Source: Lama glama
Taxonomy: Eukaryota
Assembly: GCA_028534125.1 (NCBI GenBank)
Contig: CM052818.1
Location: forward strand, 6,450,001 to 6,514,000
Reading direction: 5' to 3'
Length of the DNA: 64,000 nucleotides
Below the pieces are notes generated by a model. It was not told where the DNA came from, made no database searches, and saw only the letters and a list, made by a program, of their open reading frames with translations. This document shows positions 11,856-25,049 of this stretch, one piece after another. The translations under genes and the position numbers were made by a program. Numbering within the stretch: position 1 is the first letter of the stretch; every line of letters begins with the position of its first letter.

Positions 11856-13717
11856 AATATTTTTCCTCCTATCTTGACAAATGCCTTCACAATGACAAAG
11901 AAGACCGAGTTTGCATTTACAATCATCTCATCAGACTCCTTGGGGCTTAGCACTGGAACGTGGTATGAGGGGAAGTCAGCCCTGGGTCCTCAGCGTCCAG
12001 CCTGCTCCTTCACTATCCACCCCTGGATCTGTCCTTCACCCCACAGGCCGTGAAAGTGTGTGGACAGTCCAGCACCAGCTTCCAGGCTCCATCTGTATGC
12101 CCCCAAACAGCTGCCTCTTGGGCCTGGACGTCTGTGCTTCAGCAGCACAGTCTGCCCCTGCGAGGAGGAGCCCAGGCCCTGGAAGCAAGCTCAGGACCAT
12201 GAGCAGAACCCACTGTCCGGGAGGAGTGGGCTTTGCATGAGCACATCCCCTTGTCCCGTGGTCTTCTCCCGGGAGGGGCTGAAGGACGGCCAGGGGGTCC
12301 TCGGAGGTGCACCGCACAGTTCAAGGACCCCTCTCTCCCTCACCTAATGGATGCACTCTCTGTGCCCATGGTGTCACTTCTTTCTAGAATGCTCTGTCTC
12401 CTCAGAGGATCCCTTCTCATTCTCGAAGACACAGCCCAGAAGTTATATCGTATGGGAAGCCTTCCCTGACACCCGTCACAGAGTACCAGGCAGGGAACTA
12501 GGCCCCGCGGGTGCAAAGGGGAGTAAGACACAGTTAGTTGGTGCCAGAGTCAGGGAGCCTGATGGTGGTGGCAACCAAGTCAACCTGCAAAGTACACAGC
12601 AATGCGTGTGACAATCAGTGTGTGCCGGGGGGCTTGGGGGACACATGGGAGAAACACCTCCCCCTGCCTTGGGGGACTTCAAAGAGGGTCTCCTGGAGTA
12701 AATGACCCCTAAAACAGACCAGGAAGGCAGGCCAGATTTAGCCAAGCAAAGACGTTTGCCACTAGCAGGGACCTCTCCAATGCTCTACCAGTCAATATGC
12801 TCAAATGCTGCTGTCTCCCCACCACCTAGATCAAGGACCACATGGCGCAGCCGCAGAAGCAGAGCACGCCAAACTCCTGATGCATCTCATGCACGACAGG
12901 TTGCATTAGACACAATTACCATGTCCACTCTGTCCCCACCTCTTTCTCAGGGAGGAACCCTTGTCCTCCACACCCCCATTTCTAGAAGGAAGAAGGGGAA
13001 GGTATGAGGGCCAACATGCGGACCATCGAGTGACTGGCGGGGCTGAGCGGCCTCAAGGGCTGGTTGACGGCAGTCAGGAGAAACTGCTGGCAGGTAGGGC
13101 ACCAGAGACGCAGTGTCCTGTGCCGGCCGACACCCTGGCAGCCCCAGAACCCCGTGGGGCCTGGCCTGACGCACCTGGGTCCGACTCCCTGCCAGGAGCA
13201 GTAAGCTTCACCACGGTCCCCCGCTGGATCATTCTGCTCCTCGTCCCACCACAAAAAGAGAAAGAGGGGAGGAGACCTCAGACAGTCTGTTTCTTGTAAA
13301 CTGCCCTAGTGGAAAGGCAAACACTGAAACCACCGGATAAAATTTGGTATTTCAATTATCCATACTTTCCAGTTGTTTATTCTCCACCCCCTCAGTGGTT
13401 TCCAATTTGCTTTGCAATACAGAGCAAAATGCAACTCCTTCTCAGAACATACATTGCAGACCACGTATCGTAGGGCCCTTTCAGTACCTCAGCATTTGCT
13501 AAAACACAGAGCAACTTTTCTTCCCGCATGTTTTCTCCCCACTCCCCACCAGAGGGAGCCAGCAGGTCCCGTTTGGACAAGTTCTCTGCCCACACTACGC
13601 GTCCAAGCAGAGCAAAGGTGAAATGTTACAGATCTGGAGCCAGTAAATAAAGGCGGCAGTTCCTGGACTTTTTGGTGCACAGCACTCTGTAGAACATTAG
13701 AGTTTGGGGCAACTTAC

Positions 13718-13763
13718 TTCCAAGGAATAAGAGATGAACATCTGTTCTTGAAAAAAATTAGAC
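13718..13763 (-). other. Candidate 46-nt non-coding micro-exon C
   Basis: Minus strand gcttttttcattttccctag|GTCTAATTTTTTTCAAGAACAGATGTTCATCTCTTATTCCTTGGAA|gtaagt; both splice sites near consensus. Confidence 0.55.
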
Positions 13764-15440
13764 CTAGGGAAAATGAAAAAAGCTTTCTGCTCATCCAGGT
13801 TGGTAATTCCATTGCATGCATGTATGCTTATTGAACACTTTTACTCTGAAGGGCATGATAAAATAATAAAACAATACTACACAGCAATTATAAATTGTGG
13901 TGTTTTAACGGGAAGCTTAGATCTTATTTTTTTAAATTTTTTAAAATATTAGGGCACGTAAATAATAAGGTGACTCTCGTTCTGTGTTCAAGAGGTGGTT
14001 CTTAATGCCACACTGTGAGCATTTTGAATGCCAGGTTGAGACTGGAAGTCCTAAGTATTTTTAGACCCAGGAATTGTATGGACCAGTAGGAAGATGTACT
14101 GGTGGCAGCGTGCTCAGTGATCTGGGATAGGGCCTCAGACGAGGTGGGCACCTCTGGTTCATCCTGCAGTGGTGGAGTGATGAAGGCTGGACCTGGGTGA
14201 CAATGGCGAGGAAGGCAGGACACACAGGTGAGGTTTACAAGGAGTAGCTGACAAGACTTGATTCCTGACTGAAGCGGTAGAAATGGGGAGGGACTGGAGC
14301 GAGCTAGGAGACAGACTCAAAGCTGGCCATGTTTTGAGGTAGGTGTGGCAGGGGAGTAACAATTCACTCTGAACTCAGCACCTGGATGAATCCCCATAGT
14401 TTAATCACAGCAGCATTTACATACATCTGAAGGACAGCAGCATATCCATGTGTGAAACATTACATATGTGAGCTACAGGCCAAGGCTTGTCGCACCAGTC
14501 ACGGACCCCCTGCAATAACTCTGCAGCATCCTCCACCCCACCCTGGGCTCTTTGGCACAGAGTATGAAGAATATAAATCTGTGGTGCGAAAGAGCCACAT
14601 TATGTAAGTCCATCAGCAAAGGAACTGCCCGAGCAATCTTGTTCCCCTGGACCAGAAATGGGGACCCAGGTGGGCTGGGGTGGGGTTGGGCAGGCCCAGG
14701 CAGCCTCTGAATCCTGGTCGTGGGTAGAGTTCATATCTTCTGAATTCTCCATCTCCCTCAAGTCCGAATTCCTTCTGGGAAGCAAACCTTCACAGTTCCC
14801 TGAGCTCTGGTGGCTCAACGTGTACTCAAGGCAGGTTAGAATGACAGGACTGGGAGCCACCCAGGACCTTCCTCCTTCTCCAAAGCTTTCCTGCCAAGAT
14901 ACCCTGCCCCACCGAGCAGGGCTTTCTGAGGCCCAATGCGGGAGCTTCTCCGCAGAAATCTGCAGTCAGCCATGAACAATCATGGCCAAGCAAGAGGCTG
15001 AGCTCCAGGTTCAGTCACATCTGAGTCCATCTCAGTTACTCAGACTGGGAAACTGCACGTGTGAGAAACCAGGAAGCCTTCGGGACAGCACCACAGGGCG
15101 ACTGAGCTCACCAGGACGAATCACAGCACAGGGCCCATTCCCAAATGGATGTGAGCATTTGTTGAGAACAAAGGCCATGAGGCACCACAGATGGTGCTGT
15201 GAGAATCTGAGGATGCACCCCTCTCTGGGGGAGCTTTCCATCCAGCAGAGGAGAGACAGGATCCTGTCTCCTGAACCGCCTTAGTCATCCTTCAGCCTCC
15301 CGCTTGGCCGAGTACTGTGCCTGGCATACCGATGATGCTCCCAAAATGCTTGGTGATTGTTACACATAAAATGTAAGAGGCAGCCCCAGGAGGGAGGGAA
15401 TGTGTGTGTGTGGTTGCCATGCTCTGGAGTCCATTTCCAA

Positions 15441-15607
15441 CAGGGTCTCTCAACAGTGGTGCTATTGACCTGTTGGGCCAGATCATTCTTTACTGTGGCT
15501 GTCCTAGGCACTGGAGGATTCTGAGATCCCATTAGATACCAGAAGCACCTCCCTTCTAAAAGTGTCTCCAGCCATTGCCAAATGTCACCCTCATTGGGAA
15601 TCACTGG
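15441..15607. mobile_element. MER20 hAT-Charlie MITE (internally deleted)
   Basis: cagggtctctcaacagtggtgctattgac...gggccagatcattcttt...gtgtctccagccattgccaaatgtc. Confidence 0.75.
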
Positions 15608-18600
15608 GTTCTAGCCTTTACATCATCCCACTACCTCATTGTTCTTCTGGGACCCTGTGTTCTGCAATTTCTCAAATTTCATAGTTTCTATGAAAACTAT
15701 GCTTCCTGAAGTCTGTCACCTCCAAACCTTATTCTCTGTTTTTCGAAATGCTGCTCAATTAATACGAGTGAATTCAAGATTCAGCTGTTAATGGAAATAG
15801 ATGTCAGTGATTCCCTCACCCACACTCACCTCCACCACCCTCCATCTGTCACTGGAACATCTTACTGGGGACCACTTGGGATCAGTCACACGACACACTG
15901 AGCATCCTATGACAGAAAGACCCAAGATGGAATGAGGTGGCCCACGACAAGACTGTACAAAAGCTGCTCCAACAAGCCACTGAGCACTTGAGCTTCAGTT
16001 CACCCAACCAGCCTGCTCCCACCTGCCACAAACACAGAGCCCGGCAGAATGGCCCGTGCCACCTTGGAGCCATCACCTACTGCTCCCAAGACCTCAAAAC
16101 CATGACTTCAGATGGTGAGAATTTCAGGCTGCATCCACATCTGGCCCTGAAACCACCTTCCAAATTTCTATGTATCCCCTGCCCCACCTCCTGCTGCAAG
16201 GGTCATCCTAGTGAGTGGATGTGGGATATGTGATCTCAAAGCCCAAAACTCTGATTTTTAAGCATTTCCACTGAGATCCACTGGATGACCCAGTGAGGAT
16301 TACTTCAACATAACCTTATTCTTCCTCTAAAGGGACAGAAAGAATGAGTGGAAAAAAACCGAGTGACCCAGGTCTGCAGAAATGACCCTCAGAAAAAGCC
16401 AGCGGGGGGTTTCCCCACAAGCGTTCTCTGCTTTTCTCCTCTCACTGGAGTTAACTGTGACACAGAGACAACTCTCAGACCCTGTCCCAGTTACCAACAG
16501 TGAGTCAGCTCAGCCCAATGACTCCAATTCTGTGCTTATTCACAAATTATAATTTTAGTACAATAGGGCACAGCTTTAAATAAGTTATGAGAAACCCACC
16601 CACCTGTGACACGCCAGCGGGCTGCTCATCTCCCAACTTCGGGTGGACATTCTGTTAGTCACAGACGAGCATCTGGGCCCAGCTCACTTGCCTCCCCACT
16701 TCTTGTATCTCTAGACATTTCACCAAACAGACACTGAGTCAGAATAAGTGGGTTTAGCAATTAAAATCTGTATGGAGGCTGCCTTCCTTGAGAAGCATTT
16801 GGTGGATTTGGAAATAAATATTCCTCTACAGAAAATCAAACATTCATTGTAAAAACCTGAATGTAATATGCGTGAAGACAAGCTTGAGCTGTGATCTCAC
16901 AGCATAATCCTCTTCTCCTTCAGCCAGGAGCATAAAGGACTTCCACTCAGTCGGAGGGAAAACTCAGTAACTTGGAGTAGAACTGTAAGGACAGAAGAAG
17001 CATCCATCTGCTTCTGAATAAATGCATTTCCACCGGGAATCCTGTCCAGCCACGGAGCACTCCCAGACAACGTCCCACCCCACTAAACCCAGTGTGTGAA
17101 AACGAACAGGGACTCAGGTGGTCTGAGCACGCCTGATTGCCAACGATGCTCACCTTCAGCCTCTGAGGAGAACTCAGGGCTGGGACATTTGTGCCTTCCT
17201 AATGCCCCTGCAAGGCCAGAGGCAGGTAGGGGAAACCCTCCGCAGAACCTTCTCCCAGCACAAGATCGGGGGGAAGCACCTCCACCTACAAGCCTGCCAT
17301 CATGCCTGGACGATGTCCCTCCAGGACAGGTCATCTCTTTTGTGAGAGGCAGTGAGCCTCCAGTAGCTACCAGTTTGCTTTAACAGCAGGTGGTTAGAGC
17401 CCTGGCTTAGTAAGACGGGCTTGTCTTCCATCTGCGTGAGAATCACTGGGTATCCCTGATGGAATTCCTGGATTACAGTAGACTGCACCTCCCACCCCCA
17501 GCAGCCGGTGCAAACATCTGCCACCCAGGACCCAGGCAGATCCATCCCCACACCCGCCTTCAGGGCCGCCTTCAGGCAATACAGCTCCCATCGGAGTGTG
17601 AGAGCTGACGGTCCGCGGTGGAACGGGGCCTGGAAGGAGGGCACCTGCCCCCACAAAGCCACCTCACTCCACACGTCCATCTTGACCAAGGACTCTCCCG
17701 CTCTCCCATCCAGACCTGCAGGCTGACCATGAGGCGGGGATGGGAATGTCCTGTTCTCAGCATGGTTTCCATCAGGCCCTGGGAGATTCAAAGTAATATA
17801 CATTTGTCCCCAGTTGGTACAACTCCAAGCCAGTGGCTCTTAACGTTGTTTTAGGTCATAGACCCCCCTGAGAAGCTACTAAAAGCTCAGGTCTCTTTCC
17901 TCAGAAAAAATACACTTTTGCACAAAATTGACCAATACAATTTTGGTCATCCCCGAACCACTAAAAACTTCTTCCCTGGTCACTGAATTTTCAAGCAAGA
18001 AAGCCTTCTCTGCATACGGCTAAGCGCCTGGTGCCGGCCCAAGCCCAGGCAGTCTCAGCTAGGCCGCCTCCCGCACCGGTGCAGAGCCGGCACACAGCCA
18101 GCACCGGCCAGGGGCCCGGCCTGCGGGAGCAGGGGCCTCCAGGGCTGCCCGCGTCCAGGCGCACGCAGCAGCCCCGCCTGTGGGAGCTGCCTGCTGGGCA
18201 GTGACGATGAATTTCATCCTTCACCCCAGGTGACAACCCCCTCATGCAGGGTCGTCACCTCCATGCTACAGGTGAGGACACCAGGGCTCAGACGTGGGGA
18301 GGACCCCTCCCAGCAGCAGCCACTGGCTGCCAGCAGGACGGCCAGCGCCCGCAGCCCCTATCCCACTGCTCCAGGCACCGTCAGCCCAAGCAAATGCCTT
18401 CCTAGAAACTAGTGCAAATCGACTAAAATCTCAAAGCACTTGGCAAGGGAGTTGCTCAAATTGTTGGTTCCCTTTGTTTGCTTCGTTTTCATGGGCCTTT
18501 TAACTTCCTGTCTGGAAATGAAAATTAAGCCTGTAACTTTCAGGATGTGTGCGGCCTTTAGCATAACTGACACCATCATGGGCCCATTCGGTTTCCCCTG

Positions 18601-19329
18601 GCCTTCTACTGACCCTACCTAGGGCTGTGCTGTGGAGTAAATCTCTTCCCTGCCATCAAGGGCTTTGTAGTTAACAGATACTGTTTAAGGACCATTAGGT
18701 CCAGGTGGCCTCTGTGCTCCGTTAGTCTCCAAACAATGATGAAGACCTTCGCTGACCTAGTCCCGGCGCCCAGGAGGCTAGTAACCCATTCGTAAATCTT
18801 GACTTGGAAATACATGTCCTGTTTCCAAGCATGTACCCCTATACCCCAGGTTAACTCTAAAATCGGCCCCATGGTCCCTCAGCAGGGCAGAGTGCAGCTG
18901 CGAATGCTTCCAGATCGCCGTCCACTCCATCCCACACCCCATAAGTTAACCTGTGATAAATGGATCCACTGATTATACTGAACAACCTGCCTCGTTTCCC
19001 CGTCTCAAGATGCCTTCTCAGTTCAGTGGGCACTTTTTGTTCCCTCCGTCCTCCAACAGGAGACCTAATCTGAACTTGTGATAGAATTACAGAAAACACC
19101 AACTTCAGGGAGCACCCCCCACCACCTGATACAGATAAGATGTGGCTCTGATGGACAACAATGAAAATTTACATCCGTGTAGAAGCTGATCACTGATAGG
19201 ATATTATCTCAGCTACAGTCCCATAAAATTAAGAAAATTAGGAGTATAACATCTGCATTTTAAGATATCTATTACCAAGCAAGCTTGGTGAGATCATTAG
19301 AGGAACCAAAATTCGAGGAGTGACTCTTC

Positions 19330-20340
19330 TGTGCCTGGGCTTGTGCAAAGCCCTGGAGAGACAGAGGTGAGTAAGACACAGTCCAGTCCATGCCGAACTC
19401 AGCTGGCAGGGGAGAAGGGGAAGGCACTGGATTAACTGGAGTAACACGTGACAACTGCTTTACCAGCAATAGGACGGGGGTGCCAAGGGCCAGAGATCAG
19501 GAAGTGAGTGGTGCTGGGGTTCGCTGGGGCAGGGTCTCCAGGGTTCGGAAGAGGCTAAGTCAGGGCATCCTGGACGGGGGCACAGTTAAACTGAGACCCA
19601 GAGGGTGACCCACTGGGAGCAAGGACTGGCTGCCAGGTCGGAAAATGTACGGGATGTGAGCCAGGAAAGGAAGGCAGGGACCAGACTGTGAAGGCTTTTG
19701 TCATCCAGGAGAAGTCACTAAGAGATTCTTTCCGTGGAGGAAGAACAAAATCACACTTGCCTTGTAGGAAGATGGCTGCGGCATCTGGCACAAAAGGTAG
19801 GATCTGCCTGGGAGAATTAGGAAGCAGGAAACGGGACAGAAAATCGCTGTGATCACTGAAGACAAGGATGAGGAGGCTGCATTTCAGTCCTAGACGCCCT
19901 CACAAATGAACATTCATACAGAAAGCCAGCAGGGCCTGGTGACATGTTGGATGTGGACAGGCAAGGCAGTGAGCAAACAAACAAATGCCTCTGAGGTTGT
20001 GAAGCTGAGCAATTGTAGATGGTGATTGCGTTCAGAGAGGAAGGAGACATGAGAGGCAGAGGGAAGACGAGCTACGTTTCAGACAGGTCGGTTTGGAAGT
20101 GACCAAGGCTTAGAGCAGGCAAATTGTCTGCAGATGATGGTGTTAGAGGGTCTTGAGCATGAAGCATGAACAAAAAGAGACAAGAACTAAGGAGAGATAG
20201 AACCTTCGGAATATCAATATTTAAAGGGAGTTCAAGGGAAGAAGGGCCAGCAAACAGTATGAACAGCTGACTGCAGGCTGTGGACAAGAGGCCTTCCAAG
20301 AAAGACAGTCAAGTATCAAGATCTGCAAAAAGGAGAAGGA
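19330..20340 (-). mobile_element. L2 LINE fragments (degenerate)
   Basis: Purine-rich antisense L2-like tracts (gaaggcagggaccagactgtgaaggctttt, gaaccttcggaatatcaatatttaaagg); boundaries approximate. Confidence 0.55.
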
Positions 20341-20906
20341 CAAGACCCAAAAGGAAGACCCAGGATCAGGGAGTTGGAAATTCCTGACCGACTCCTCCAT
20401 TTCAGCAGAACCTCATAGGATTGGAAGTGGAGACAGAAAGTTTATACTATTCTCTACAGAATGTCGGCCAAGGACAGAAGGAGAGCAGTCACCCACCCTC
20501 ACAATAAAGCTTTTGCTTTTCTGCGTTGTGTGATCTGGTCCATGCAAGGTCACATGACCTCACCAGACTCACCACTCAACACTGGCTCTAAGCGAGGTGG
20601 GAGAATGGGGCGTGTCTGCGGTGGGGCTAACATCCACGAACTGGCTGATGCTGAGAAGTACTGCCAAGTCTTAGTAGTCAGGGACTTAAGTGCACCTGAC
20701 ATGTAGGGTGAAGAGTGAAGAGGAGATCTGTCTGCTAAGAAAACAGGAAACCAAGAGTTAGAGTGGCAAAGGTACTCTTACTGTAAAATTTAATGACACC
20801 GAGTTGGAGGAAGCAGGCATTCCCAGACACTACTGATGAGGGTCTAAATTGGCACAATCCTATCAACCAGTAACAGAAAAAGGGAAAAAAAAAACTTAAA
20901 AGCTTG

Positions 20907-20924
20907 TGTGATATTGGGATTTAT

Positions 20925-20973
<49 letters not shown>

Positions 20974-21668
20974 TGGTCTTCTGTCAGTTCCTGTCACAGA
21001 GCTGCTAAAATTCTTGGAATTTCCTAAGTGTTGAGACTGATCAAGATGTCTTTTGTTATGTTAATGAGGTGACTTTTGGAAAGCCCCCAGGTTATCTAAG
21101 GACAGGGGCTGGTTACCAGGGGAACAAACCTTGAGATTAGAGGATTGGAACTTTCAGTCCTACCTCTGACCTTCAGGAGGGGAGAGGCACTGGAGGCTGA
21201 GTTGAATCACCAATGGCCAATGATTTAAGCCATCTTGGCTATGTAATGAGTTCTCCATAAAAACCCAAAAGGACAGGGTTCAGATATTCTGTGCTGGCCC
21301 TGACGCGGAGGTGCTGGGAGAGCACGAAAGCTCCACGATCTTGCCCACTGCCTCTCTTCCACCTGACTGTTCCTCAGTTATATCCTTTTACAATAAACTG
21401 GTTATCTGGTAAGCAAAACGTTTCTCTGAGTACTGTGAGTCACGTTAGCAGGTTAATCGAACCCAAGGAGAGGTTCGTGGGAACCTTTGATTTACAGCCA
21501 GTAGCCAGAAGCACAGGTGACAACCTGGACTTGTGGTTGGCATCTGAAGTGGGCAGCGGATAGTGTCAGAACTGAGATGAATTGTAGGGCACCCAGAATG
21601 GCTTGATGTGGGGAAAAAACCCACACATCTGAACCAGACTGGAGTCAGAATCGTAGTGCTTGTACACA
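20907..21668 (+). mobile_element. MER21-family LTR inserted in an older L1ME
   Basis: tgtgatattg...tttggtcttc...gttcctgtcacagagctgctaaaattcttggaatttcctaagtg...ggaactttcag...aatcaccaatggccaatgattta...tatcctttacaataaactgg. Confidence 0.8.
20931..20968. repeat. (TA)n microsatellite
   Basis: Perfect TA run of about 18 units inside the MER21-like LTR. Confidence 0.95.
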
Positions 21669-21669
21669 C

Positions 21670-22270
21670 TTTGTACAGATGTGTCCCGTGAAAGTCATAA
21701 CGGATACCCTCAAAGATTTATCTACAAGAAGTTCTTGTATTTTCATTCCTGTAGATAAATCTGATTCAGATAAAGCTAATGTTCACCACAGCTCTGTTTA
21801 TAAGAGTAAAGAACTGGAAGTAATGTAAATTTCCAACAGTAGGGAATCGGTAGGACACATTTTCATATCCCTCCATAAGGTACAATAATATGCAACCATT
21901 TTTTTATGCAACCATTTTAAATGTTGGATAGATGACTATTTAAAACTCAATAAAATTTTTCACAATACAATTAAATTTTTAAAAATAATTTACAAAAGGA
22001 AATGAGTACATTAAATGTCTGTGTATATATGTGTGTGTGTGTCTGTATAGACACACACATACACACTCACATGCACTCATATAGACTCAGACAAAAGACT
22101 AGAAGATTGTAACACATTCAAACAAATGACTGGAGAATATGCACCAAAATCTGAACTGTAATAAAATTTCTGAGTGGTACAATTATGGGTAGTTTAAGTT
22201 TACTTTTTGCTTCATTGTATTTTTTAAAATATTTAAAATAAATATATATAGCTTTTGTAATTAAAAATAG
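21670..22270 (+). mobile_element. L1ME-type 3' region (upstream part at ~20790-20900)
   Basis: tgttcaccacagctctgtttataagagtaaagaactggaag...ccaacagtagggaa and a long AT-rich L1ME-like 3' UTR. Confidence 0.6.
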
Positions 22271-22579
22271 TCATTAATGTTTAATATAATGAAAATAATT
22301 TAACATAACAAAAATAGTTTAATATAACAAAATAGTCTTTTTAAGAATAAAAGCAATTGAATCAGATTACTAAAATTTCAAAAAGTATTACAGTATATTG
22401 AGGAAAACTCCAATTCTCCAGTGCTCCATTTCTCTAATTCCTCCAAATCCTATTTCCCATAGGAAATCACAAATAACTTTGTTGTATCATTGTGGGCTTT
22501 TGCAATCTAAGTATATGTATACTTTTAGAAATAATTGAAAACTTTTTTTCTTAATTTTACCCGAAGTGGAAGACTAGGT

Positions 22580-22805
22580 CAGGGGGTCAGGGTCAGCAAA
22601 CATTTTCTGTAAAGGGCCAGACAGTAAATATTTTCAGCTTTGTGAACCCTATCTGTTGCAACTATTCAGCTCTCCTGCTGGAGTGTGAAAGCAGCCATAA
22701 ATAATATGTAAACCAATTAGGGTGGCTGTTTTCCAATAAAACTTTATTTACAAAACAAGCGGTGGGCCAGGCATGGTTCATGGGCCAGAGTCTTCAGATC
22801 CCTGG
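22580..22805. mobile_element. MER58A hAT-Charlie MITE
   Basis: cagggtcagcaaacattttctgtaaagggccagacagtaaatatttt...tctgttgcaactattcagctct...gaaagcagccata...ccaataaaactttatttacaaaacaagcggtgggcc. Confidence 0.88.
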
Positions 22806-24259
22806 ACTTCGGTGAACATATATAAACAAATGCCAACTTCCTGAGCCTGCTGGCCAAAGAATACAGCTCATTTGGTTCCTGTTTCACCAGCTTCATTTCC
22901 TATTTCCATGTTTCTGGGATACTACGTAGTACTTCTTCCTGTTCAATATCAGTAATAATCATGCCCTTTTACACACTGACTTACCCACCTTCAACCTGGG
23001 CTCCACACAACATCCCAGCCCACCCACCGCTCACACTCTGGCTACCAGGAAAAGGGATCCACACCAACCTACTGGGATCAGCCACCTTGGTAACATTCAC
23101 TGAGCACCTACGGTGTGCAGGGGCACCGTGCTGCTATTGGAGCCTTGTAATAGCTGAGAAGCAGACTAACCATGTGTAGGAAGCTGACTCCAGTGAGGAC
23201 AGGCACCCACAGTCCTTGAGACACTCCGTACAGACACAGAATACAAGTTCCAGGTCCACACGTTAGTGGGGAGCTAACACACTGCCATCCCAAGGGTTCC
23301 TGGGTTCCAGCCTGGCCTTGGTGAAGCCTGCCGTGGAGAACGAGGGCCGGCAGCCAGTGCAGCTCTGACTGCGGGGACTGACACAGAAGCCATCAGGTAA
23401 CGCTACGTTGACTCCTCCTAGCCCATCTCAAGATGACCACAAAAAGTTCAAAAGCCCATTTTATCACGAGAAACATCACTGCCAGTTGTGACAGGCAAGC
23501 CTTCCACACTCCTCTGCCTGGTGGAAGAAGCTGAACTAGGAACCAGAGGTTGCTGGATGCACAGAGTCCTTGGGATCTGCACGGTCCTAGACGAGGTTGT
23601 CCCTAGACCTGTCAAGTCCCCAGAACTCACACCTCAGCCAGGCACGAGCCCCTGGCCCTTGGTTGGCCATCCAGGAAATCCTAACTGTCCCTTTCCTAGC
23701 CCAAAGCACACCACATCCCCTCCATTTTCACTGCGACTGACAACCTGGTTCTTCTTTAACTTCCCCATGTTGTCATAGCATGGTGTGCTTTTCCAGCATC
23801 TCAGATTAGCATCATTGGTTATGTCTTAAGATGGACAGCCTCTAATTAAGTGCTCTTTGATTCCACCAGTGAACTGCACTGAAAAGAGATTCACATCCAG
23901 GAAGGTTCGTGTAAGGATGCCCCCATCTCAGCTATAGTTTGCACGCCCATATCATCATTATTCAGTTAATAAATACTCATTAAACACACATTATTTCTTA
24001 CATGGTCCTAGGTACAGTCGACACAAATACAGATAAGATATTCATTTTATAAATAGAGGTTCCTGGTCCAGGGAGAGAGACAATATGGAAACAAGCATAG
24101 CTAATGTAGATACAATGGGGGGGAATAATGGGGTTTGGTCCAAAGCCTGGAGTTCAGAACTGTGCAAAAGACGGCACTTGGAGAACTGAGTCAGGGAGCG
24201 AGTCACCGGGGCTGCGGCAGCGTTGGGGTTGAAGCTGGGAAGACAAATACCGCACTCAC

Positions 24260-24372
24260 CAATCCTACAACCAATTTTTCTTCGCATTTAACATCTCTAA
24301 ATCAGTATGTGTCATACTATCACGGGTGGCCAGGTAGGTATGGGATCATATCACAGCCGTCATTTCCTGACA
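24260..24372 (-). other. Candidate 113-nt non-coding exon B
   Basis: Minus-strand acceptor ccctttcctcattgtgctctacag| before 24372 and donor TTG|GTGAGT after 24260; several ATGs, most closed by nearby stops. Confidence 0.55.
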
Positions 24373-25049
24373 CTGTAGAGCACAATGAGGAAAGGGTCGG
24401 CATCAAAACTTGCACAATAGGTGTCAGTAGCTTGATAGAAAATCCCAGAGACAATAGCAGAGCTCTCTTAAGAAATGCAGCATCACGAAGGCACCTGACA
24501 GCAGACACGACGATGCTATGTGGAAAACCAGAATGAAAAAGTGACCAGCCAGCCACATACAAATCAATGAAGTTAGAACACACCCTCACACCACACAGAA
24601 GTACAGGAGAGAACCGGATTTCAAAAGGCAGTGGATCCCGTAACATGAAATGAGGATTTTATTCAGTAATGAAAAGGGAATTGGAAATTTCTGAGTAGGA
24701 GAGTAATGAGTGAAGATAGATGTTTTCAAAGGATGACCAGGTTTCTTTGTGGGCAATGCTCAAATTTGCATGCAGGTTATCACAATGGTCCCAGACTTGA
24801 GCCCCAGGTAAAATGAGACAGGAGTCCTGCAACGCGGAGAGAGCAACCCGTTAAATTGCCAGGAACAGGTGGCTGGTTCCAAGCAGGAAGTGAGAGCCAG
24901 GCAGTTCTAGATGACAGAGGATTCTCACTAAGGTTAGAAAGTGGGCGTGGCCTTTACCCCACAGGGCATCCTGACCGGAAGGCAGTGCTCCCTCTCTTGT
25001 GACTGGGCTTGGTCACCTCTTGTCCTAAGACTTGGGAGCCCACACTTAC

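Noticed and set aside
14600..14860. Minus-strand ORF with acidic protein-like stretch RRNSDLREMENSEDMNSTHDQDSEAA
   Set aside because: No convincing flanking acceptor/donor pair or homology
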